A stretch of DNA of 64,000 nt from a virus, in the IMG/VR virus record IMGVR_UViG_3300035670_010555, positions 64,001 through 128,000 of that record; one strand, 5' to 3'. The position numbers were made by a program, and so were the translations under genes. Of the stretch, positions 57,476-64,000 are shown in pieces. Every line of letters starts with the position of its first letter. Positions within the stretch are counted from its first letter, which is position 1. Under the pieces are notes generated by a model. That model saw only the letters and a list, made by a program, of their open reading frames with translations. It was not told where the DNA came from and did not search any database.

Positions 57476-59488
57476 ATGAACGACTTAATGGACGACGAAG
57501 ACAAAATGATGAGTAAAAAACAGAAGTCAGGAGATACCTCGACACCTGTGCTAGACAATTTCAGTAGAGACTTGAATAAACTTGCAGAGGCGGGTAAATT
57601 GGACCCTGTCATCGGAAGAGACCGAGAGATTCTACGAATCGCTCAAATTCTTTCCCGAAGAAAGAAAAATAACCCAATTATTCTTGGTGAACCTGGTTGT
57701 GGTAAGACCGCAATCGTTGAAGGTTTGGCAATGAAAATTGTTAATGGTGATTGTCCTCGTAATCTCTTGGATAAGAGATTGGTTAACCTTGACCTAACTT
57801 CAGTTGTTGCCGGTACAAAGTATCGTGGACAATTTGAAGAAAGAATGAAGGTTATCATTGAAGAACTTCAAGCTAATCCTAACATCATCGTATTCATTGA
57901 TGAGATTCATACGTTGGTTGGTTCAGGTAATTCCTCAGGTTCGATGGATGGTTCCAACATTTTCAAACCAGCATTGGCACGTGGTGAACTACAAGTAATC
58001 GGTGCAACCACTTTGGATGAATTCAGAAAGAACATCGAAAAAGATGGGGCATTGGAACGTAGATTCCAAAAAGTCATTGTTGACCCATCTACAGTGACTG
58101 AGACAATCCAAATTTTGAAAAATGTTCGGGACAAATACGAAACATATCACAAAGTGACTTATTCCGATGAAGTCATTGAAACTTGTGTTAAGTTGGCGGA
58201 TAGATATATCACCGACCGTGAATTCCCTGACAAAGCATTCGACATCTTGGATGAAGTTGGAGCTAGAATGCAAACCGAACTTAAGGTTCCCGAAGCAATC
58301 GAAGAGTTGAAGCGTAAGGCTGCAGAGCTGAAACAACAGAAGTTGGATGTAGTTAAAAAACAGAATTACGAACAAGCGGCACAACTCAGAGACAAGGAAA
58401 AAAAGTTGTTGGACAAATTGGAACAAGAAAAACAAAAGTTCGAGGAACAAATGTCCAAAGACAAACAAAAGGTCGGAATGGATGATGTTTATGATGTTGT
58501 TTCAAACATGACTAAAATCCCTGTTAACAAAATGTCTACAGATGATACCAAAGCGTTGTTGAACTTAGATAAACACATTGTTGGAACTGTCATTGGTCAG
58601 GATGCTGCGGTCATCAAGGTTGCAAAATCTATCAAGAGAAACCGACTTGGTATCAAAGATCCAAATCGTCCGATTGGTTCATTCGTTTTCTTGGGTTCAA
58701 CTGGTGTTGGTAAAACTCACCTTGCAAAACAACTTGCAAAAGAAATGTTTGGAAGTGAGGACGCACTAATCCGTGTGGATATGTCTGAGTACCAAGAGAA
58801 ACACACCGTATCCAAATTAGTTGGAGCTCCTCCAGGCTATGTTGGATATGAAGAAGGTGGGTTGTTGACTGAGAAAGTTAAGAACAAACCTTACTCTGTT
58901 ATCTTGTTCGATGAGGTTGAGAAAGCTCACAAGGACGTATTCACGGTGTTACTACAAATCTTGGACGATGGTCACGTTACAGATAGTTTGGGTAGAAAGA
59001 TTAATTTCAAAAACACTTTGATTATCTTAACATCAAATCTTGGAGTTAAAAAACTACAGGACTTCGGGACTGGTATTGGATTCTCAAATAATACCTATAG
59101 TAACGAAGAAGCGAAGAAAGATATCTTGATGAAAGAAATGAAAAATTTCTTTTCTCCTGAGTTTATTAATCGTATCGATGACACCATCGTTTTCAATTCT
59201 CTATCTCAAGAGGATATCAAGAAAATCACTGACATCGAACTTAAGAAGTTGATGAATCGTCTTGACGAAATGAAGTATAAGATTACTTATGATGAATCAC
59301 TTTTGAATTACCTATCAAAAATCGGATATGATGAGGTATACGGTGCAAGACCACTCAAGAGAGCGATTCAGGATAAAGTTGAAGACTTATTATCTGAAGA
59401 AGTTCTGACCGACAAAATTATCGTAGGAAAAACCTACGTGATTAAAGTCGAAGATGAAGTAGTCAAAGTAGTCAAGAAAGGTCGGTAA
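57476..59488 (+). CDS. clpC: ClpC-type AAA+ unfoldase lacking the N-terminal Clp-repeat domain
   Basis: [23 protein letters not shown]-type M-domain, [20 protein letters not shown] ClpP-binding loop, GARPL. Confidence 0.9.
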   Translation: MNDLMDDEDKMMSKKQKSGDTSTPVLDNFSRDLNKLAEAGKLDPVIGRDREILRIAQILSRRKKNNPIILGEPGCGKTAIVEGLAMKIVNGDCPRNLLDKRLVNLDLTSVVAGTKYRGQFEERMKVIIEELQANPNIIVFIDEIHTLVGSGNSSGSMDGSNIFKPALARGELQVIGATTLDEFRKNIEKDGALERRFQKVIVDPSTVTETIQILKNVRDKYETYHKVTYSDEVIETCVKLADRYITDREFPDKAFDILDEVGARMQTELKVPEAIEELKRKAAELKQQKLDVVKKQNYEQAAQLRDKEKKLLDKLEQEKQKFEEQMSKDKQKVGMDDVYDVVSNMTKIPVNKMSTDDTKALLNLDKHIVGTVIGQDAAVIKVAKSIKRNRLGIKDPNRPIGSFVFLGSTGVGKTHLAKQLAKEMFGSEDALIRVDMSEYQEKHTVSKLVGAPPGYVGYEEGGLLTEKVKNKPYSVILFDEVEKAHKDVFTVLLQILDDGHVTDSLGRKINFKNTLIILTSNLGVKKLQDFGTGIGFSNNTYSNEEAKKDILMKEMKNFFSPEFINRIDDTIVFNSLSQEDIKKITDIELKKLMNRLDEMKYKITYDESLLNYLSKIGYDEVYGARPLKRAIQDKVEDLLSEEVLTDKIIVGKTYVIKVEDEVVKVVKKGR

Positions 59489-59491
59489 ATT

Positions 59492-59518
59492 AAAAAGGGG
59501 AGAAATCCCCTTTTTTTT
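59492..59518 (+). terminator. Intrinsic terminator
   Basis: AAAAAGGGGA-gaaa-TCCCCTTTTTTTT. Confidence 0.85.
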
Positions 59519-59530
59519 ATATTTATAATC

Positions 59531-60139
59531 ATGAGTAATTTCTCCCGACTGTTAGACAAATTCAAAAATTCATTTCCAGAAGATTTACAATCAAAAGTTG
59601 ATGTAATTGAAAATTACGTGGCAAACTACATCCAAGAAAATAACATCAATGTAAAATTTTTGAATTCTTGTAATGCGGGATTCAAAGGAGTTAGAACAAG
59701 AGACCAAATTATTATTTGTTCTCCTTTTGGTATGGAAACCATAGGGGATTTTTTATATACCATATTTCACGAAATTAGGCATGAACAGCAGATTAGAGAT
59801 TTGAAAATGTTAAATCCTTTAACGGATTTTGATTTAGAGGATTTCGAGGCTCTTTACGAACAATACTGGAATATGGAGTTGGATGCCGACAAATTCGCAA
59901 AAGAAATGGTGGCAAAACTGGTAATCAAATTGGGGATTCCAATCGACATTGCGAAAAAATTATTTTCGTTATCACTATACGTTCAGCAATATCCAACCAT
60001 GTCAAACATGGTTCGTGGAGGGATTCAACAAATTATTAACGACATTAAGAGAATAAAAAAATCGGGTGGAGAATATACTGACATTCAAGACCACCCGGTA
60101 GTACAAAGACACATAGATAAGTTAGAAGATTTTATTTAA
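59531..60139 (+). CDS. Putative HExxH zinc metallopeptidase
   Basis: IFHEIRHEQQ...MELDADKFA. Confidence 0.65.
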   Translation: MSNFSRLLDKFKNSFPEDLQSKVDVIENYVANYIQENNINVKFLNSCNAGFKGVRTRDQIIICSPFGMETIGDFLYTIFHEIRHEQQIRDLKMLNPLTDFDLEDFEALYEQYWNMELDADKFAKEMVAKLVIKLGIPIDIAKKLFSLSLYVQQYPTMSNMVRGGIQQIINDIKRIKKSGGEYTDIQDHPVVQRHIDKLEDFI

Positions 60140-60973
60140 TCAAAACGGATGAAACTGTCCTCTTGGTACTGACTTTTTGAAATGTAATTTATAACCCAAC
60201 TCTTCAATCATTTTTCTTCCCATTTCTATACCGTTGAATACGTCCTCGATGATTACATATTCTTCAGGACTATGATAATCATAATAACCAATAGAAAAAT
60301 TAATACAAGAAAAATCGAATTTACTTCTCAAAGCATAAACGTCAGTATATGGGTGAACCATATATCGCATTTGTTCGGTAATCATTCCTTCAGTCAAAAC
60401 TTTATCAATTTTTTCGAAGAACTCGGTACCTCTGTCGAATAACACTTGCCCAAAACATGTCTCAGTAATCATCCAATTTTCCGGAGCATCGAACTGAATA
60501 CCATATCCAACATTTTCAAAAAATTTGGAATCGGCCGCTTTTGAACCATGGCATCCAGTTTCTTCTGAAACAAAGAATGCTGCTTTAAGGTATGGTAATT
60601 CTTTTAGTAAAGTTAAACAAGCAAACACTCCACACTTATCGTCTCCTCCAATACCTGTCGGCATCTCGTTATCATTGAATGCCTTTAACGCTGGTTTCAA
60701 TTCCCCTTGAGCGTTTTTTAACATCATTTCTTTAACGTTGATTGTATCAATATGGTGAACTGTATCGGTATGCGATATTACACAAGGAAAATAAAAATCT
60801 TCGGGAAGTTCAGTTGTTTCTTTTTTGGTTGCGTAGATATTCATTTTGTCATCAACATAATGTTCTATATTGTTTTCGGTTAACCAATTAACCAAAAATT
60901 CAACCATACGATGTTCTTGGTAAGTTTTTGTGGGTACGCTCAAAACTTCTTTGAGTAACGTTATATCTTTCAT
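60140..60973 (-). CDS. M28/M20/M42-clan metallopeptidase
   Basis: SHTDTV, GGDDKCG, SEETG, FD, YH...E. Confidence 0.8.
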   Translation of the reverse strand: MKDITLLKEVLSVPTKTYQEHRMVEFLVNWLTENNIEHYVDDKMNIYATKKETTELPEDFYFPCVISHTDTVHHIDTINVKEMMLKNAQGELKPALKAFNDNEMPTGIGGDDKCGVFACLTLLKELPYLKAAFFVSEETGCHGSKAADSKFFENVGYGIQFDAPENWMITETCFGQVLFDRGTEFFEKIDKVLTEGMITEQMRYMVHPYTDVYALRSKFDFSCINFSIGYYDYHSPEEYVIIEDVFNGIEMGRKMIEELGYKLHFKKSVPRGQFHPF

Positions 60974-60993
60974 TTTACAAAGATATAAATAAA

Positions 60994-62037
60994 TTAGATT
61001 TCATCCAAACTAAATAATGAAGGTTGGTATAATAAATTGTAAAAATTTTGTTCACTCATTAATATACTTTTTTGCTTCAATCCCTTTGATAATGTTACCA
61101 CCACTTTCATCTCAGGAAACTTAAATCCTTCAATTTTGAACCTTGTTTCTTTTTTGGGGTCTTTTGGTAAAAAGTAGTATTCTTCTTGTCTGAATTTTTT
61201 CAAAATTCTAGAAGTCATGTCAGTGAAATCTTTGAAGCTAACTCCTTCCTCTTCTCCATCTTCCTGAATCGTATCCAAAATTTCAGTAAAAATTGTGTTT
61301 GCGGTTCTATTGAAACTTGCAGAATCAAAATCATCAGGGTCTTGGTATGCATAATAATCTTCTTGCCAACCACCTGGTGCTTGCTTTCTACCAAAAATTC
61401 TTTCTAATAATTCTTTCGAAGAAATGTGAAGGTCACCCTCGTTAATATATAATGCTATCAAGTCCGCCACCGTAATTCTAAATCCATCTGTATAAGCGTC
61501 GATACCCAACTCATCGAAATACTCATCCATCTCTTTATTCATCGCGGTCGAAAGAGATCTTTGGAACGCGTGATTTTTTTCGTAGACATAATCTTCGATG
61601 ACATACTTTATTTTTTTTCCAAAATTATCCATCAATACTCGGGATAACTCTTTTCTGTATTCGTCATCTGAAAAGTCGACTTTCATGGGAAGTATTGCTC
61701 TAGAAATTTCAGATAATATTTGTTTATTTTCGTCATCTAAAGTATAGTAAAAACTATACCCTTCCATAAAATCTTCTGTGGAGGAATAATGGTCTATAAA
61801 TTCATAATCGTTATACGGGGAATTAATCACTTGATAAAACCAAACATCATCTTCCGATAATCCCAACGCCTCTAAAAATTCTTGTTGATTTTTGAACTCA
61901 ACACTTATAACACTTTGACCTGGCGTATTTCGGTCCTCTCTCATGTACGAGAATAAATCATCCGAAGATAATAATTCATCTTTAGTTATTTTTCTTTTAG
62001 CATAATTCCTTAATGATCTGAAAGTTTCGTAATTCAT
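60994..62037 (-). CDS. Hypothetical acidic protein
   Basis: Start at MNYETF (62037) preferred; TATTTATT upstream. Confidence 0.6.
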   Translation of the reverse strand: MNYETFRSLRNYAKRKITKDELLSSDDLFSYMREDRNTPGQSVISVEFKNQQEFLEALGLSEDDVWFYQVINSPYNDYEFIDHYSSTEDFMEGYSFYYTLDDENKQILSEISRAILPMKVDFSDDEYRKELSRVLMDNFGKKIKYVIEDYVYEKNHAFQRSLSTAMNKEMDEYFDELGIDAYTDGFRITVADLIALYINEGDLHISSKELLERIFGRKQAPGGWQEDYYAYQDPDDFDSASFNRTANTIFTEILDTIQEDGEEEGVSFKDFTDMTSRILKKFRQEEYYFLPKDPKKETRFKIEGFKFPEMKVVVTLSKGLKQKSILMSEQNFYNLLYQPSLFSLDEI

Positions 62038-62060
62038 ACTACAAATAAATATCAATTCTG

Positions 62061-62091
62061 TTGGATTTGGAAATATTTATACATACATTTG
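62061..62091 (+). promoter_or_regulatory. tmRNA promoter(s): TTG-N20-TACATTTG plus embedded TATTTATA
   Basis: TTG 62061-63, TATTTATA 62074-81, TACATTTG 62084-91. Confidence 0.6.
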
Positions 62092-62100
62092 TAAAACAAT

Positions 62101-62514
62101 GGGGTAGACAGGTATCGATTGGCATTGTTGGGGATAAGTGGCACGTAGTCAGAATTCATCTATGACTTAAATCTATGGTGAAGAAAGTAAACGGCAATAC
62201 TCTTGCTAAGATGTCTGCTCTAGGTTTAACTAGAGAAGCGTCTGTTGTAACTGCTTAATTAGTTGATACAACGTCAGGTCGAATGGGCATATAACCTAGG
62301 AACAGAAGCCCTCTAAGGTGTGATACCACCCGAAGCGTATCGAAGGTCACGTTCAGAGGACTACCTTAGTATAAGTGAACTCGACACAGTTGTTGGTAAC
62401 GATGTCAAAATAGGAACCAAATATTTCGGAAGGTATAACAAACCTTGACCTAAACGTGTAGTCATTTATTGTCAAGGTGAGCAAGACCGGAGTTCGACTC
62501 TCCGCTACTCCACC
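62101..62514 (+). ncRNA. ssrA: tmRNA (phage-encoded)
   Basis: 5' GGGGTAG pairs with CTACTCC-A (G3:U alanine identity pair); T-arm CGGAG-TTCGACT-CTCCG; tag ORF 62193-62258 GNTLAKMSALGLTREASVVTA*. Confidence 0.9.
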
Positions 62515-62520
62515 TTCAAC

Positions 62521-62549
62521 AAAAAAGGGAGTCAATAACTCCCTTTTTT
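62521..62549 (+). terminator. Intrinsic terminator after tmRNA
   Basis: AAAAAAGGGAGT-caata-ACTCCCTTTTTT. Confidence 0.85.
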
Positions 62550-62628
62550 ATTTTCGAACTTGACAATTAACATAAACTTAATATTTTTAATTAAAATTTT
62601 TAATACTTATCAGTAACTTCATAATATT

Positions 62629-62717
62629 ATGAAAAAAAATTATTATAACCTTACCACAAATAATTTTCCACAAGAAAAATAAGTTCCCGCGTATTGATTT
62701 ACTCGGGATTTTTTTTT
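62629..62717 (+). promoter_or_regulatory. Possible leader peptide plus terminator (attenuator) before the TonB-dependent receptor
   Basis: ORF 62629-62682 MKKNYYNLTTNNFPQEK*; hairpin TCCCGCGTA/TACTCGGGA then T9. Confidence 0.4.
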
Positions 62718-62757
62718 ATAAATAAACAATCAAATAAATAACAAAAAAACAAAAACA

Positions 62758-64000
62758 ATGAAAAAAAATCTATTACAAGGGGTTTTATCATTCTTGGTTT
62801 TACTGATGTCGTTTGGACTGACGTATTCTCAAGGGGTAACAACATCAAACATTTCAGGTAAAGTTGCAACCGATACGGGTGAGACATTACCAGGGGCGTT
62901 AGTACTAGCTACTCACACTCCATCGGGAACAAAATATTCTACAGTCACTAATAATGAAGGAAGATATTTAATTCCAAACACAAGGATTGGTGGTCCTTAC
63001 ACAATCACTGTATCATTCATAGGATATAGTACATCATCTACTGATGGAGTATTTTTATCTTTGGGTGTTACTTCAAATATCAATATCCAACTTAAGTCAG
63101 AAGATATTGGTATTGCGGAAGTACTTGTAATGGGAGATAAAAATCCAGTATTTAGCTCCGATAGAACTGGTGCGTCTTCTGCAATTACAAATCAAAACTT
63201 AACTAGATTACCAACCATTTCAAGAAGTATCAATGATTTTACAAGGTTATCACCACAAGCATCAGGTAACTCTTTTGCAGGACAGGATGGTAGATTGAAT
63301 AATATTACTGTTGATGGTTCTTATTTTAACAACTCATTCGGTTTGGGTTCAGGTTCTAATCCAGGTGGTAGAACAGGTGTATCTCCAATCTCTTTGGATG
63401 CTATTGACCAAATCTCAATTAACGTAGCACCTTATGATGTAAGACAAGGTAACTTCGTTGGTGCTGGTGTAAACACAGTAACTCGTTCGGGTACTAACGA
63501 ACTATCTGGTTCGGTTTATGGGTTTAGTAGAAACAACAATTTAGTTGGAACTGAAGCAGGTGAAAAGAAATTTAATCCTGGGCAATTTGATTACAAACAA
63601 TTCGGTTTCCGTTTAGGTGGACCAATCATTAAGGATAAATTATTCTTCTTTGGTTCATTTGAAGATGAAAAAACTACTCAACCAGGAACTACTTTTAGAG
63701 CAAACAAAGGTGGAGAACCTGCGTCTGGTAATGTTACAAGAGTATTGGCTTCTGATTTAGACCAATTGAGTTCATTCTTAAAAACCAAATATGGATATGA
63801 GACAGGACCTTATCAGGGATACGATAACACTACCGCAGCTACCAAGTTTTTGGGTAAGATTGACTGGAACATTAGTGATAAAAACAAATTTAGTTTAAGA
63901 TATACACATTTGGACTCTAATACCGATGTTCTTGCATCTGGTTCATCTTCATTAGGTTTTGGTGGAAGAAACTTTAACCTTAACGCACTTAACTTCCAAA
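62758..64000 (+). CDS. Partial Oar-like TonB-dependent receptor with carboxypeptidase-regulatory-like N-domain (runs off right edge)
   Basis: Not in ORF track. MKKNLLQGVLSFLVLLMSFGLTYSQGVTTS signal peptide, LPGA...GGPY...SFIGY, plug NNITVDGSYFNNSFGL...PISLDAI...APYDVRQGNF.GAGVN.VTRSGTN. Confidence 0.88.
   Translation, partial: MKKNLLQGVLSFLVLLMSFGLTYSQGVTTSNISGKVATDTGETLPGALVLATHTPSGTKYSTVTNNEGRYLIPNTRIGGPYTITVSFIGYSTSSTDGVFLSLGVTSNINIQLKSEDIGIAEVLVMGDKNPVFSSDRTGASSAITNQNLTRLPTISRSINDFTRLSPQASGNSFAGQDGRLNNITVDGSYFNNSFGLGSGSNPGGRTGVSPISLDAIDQISINVAPYDVRQGNFVGAGVNTVTRSGTNELSGSVYGFSRNNNLVGTEAGEKKFNPGQFDYKQFGFRLGGPIIKDKLFFFGSFEDEKTTQPGTTFRANKGGEPASGNVTRVLASDLDQLSSFLKTKYGYETGPYQGYDNTTAATKFLGKIDWNISDKNKFSLRYTHLDSNTDVLASGSSSLGFGGRNFNLNALNFQ

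Noticed and set aside
62484-62514. Stand-alone tRNA suggested by the TTCGA T-arm
   Set aside because: Its acceptor partner is about 400 nt upstream with an internal tag ORF, so it is the tmRNA 3' end
62353-62535. 60-aa minus-strand ORF (and 62699..62887)
   Set aside because: Antisense to the tmRNA and to the receptor 5' end
1-64000. Stop-codon reassignment, introns or inteins
   Set aside because: Standard code gives full-length, tightly packed genes; terminase, portal and MCP appear uninterrupted

Overview
This is an AT-rich, gene-dense segment of a large T4-like (jumbo-type) dsDNA phage, not a bacterial chromosome. It carries a T4-type head module (terminase, portal, prohead protease, scaffold, major capsid protein), a gp55-like late sigma factor and probable baseplate genes. 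Several features point to a Bacteroidota host: TAnnTTTG promoters, A-rich leaders without Shine-Dalgarno sequences, a Bacteroidota-type bS21, DUF4494, a tmRNA resuming at Gly, and an Oar-like TonB-dependent receptor. The most striking candidate system is phage-encoded mucin-type protein glycosylation. A cluster of Pro/Thr-repeat (mucin-like) proteins sits directly beside a GT60-like polypeptide GlcNAc-transferase, a GT25 and an HtrL-like transferase. A roughly 21 kb nucleotide-sugar/glycosyltransferase island lies next to it. A second candidate system is a translation/proteolysis module: a tmRNA with an unusually long tag, a ClpC lacking its N-domain, a divergently transcribed tandem-UVR protein, two peptidases, and a bS21 with His at the anti-SD-contacting position 54. 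A recurrent TATTTAT motif upstream of structural genes looks like the late promoter. All assignments come from motif recognition by eye; no database searches were run.
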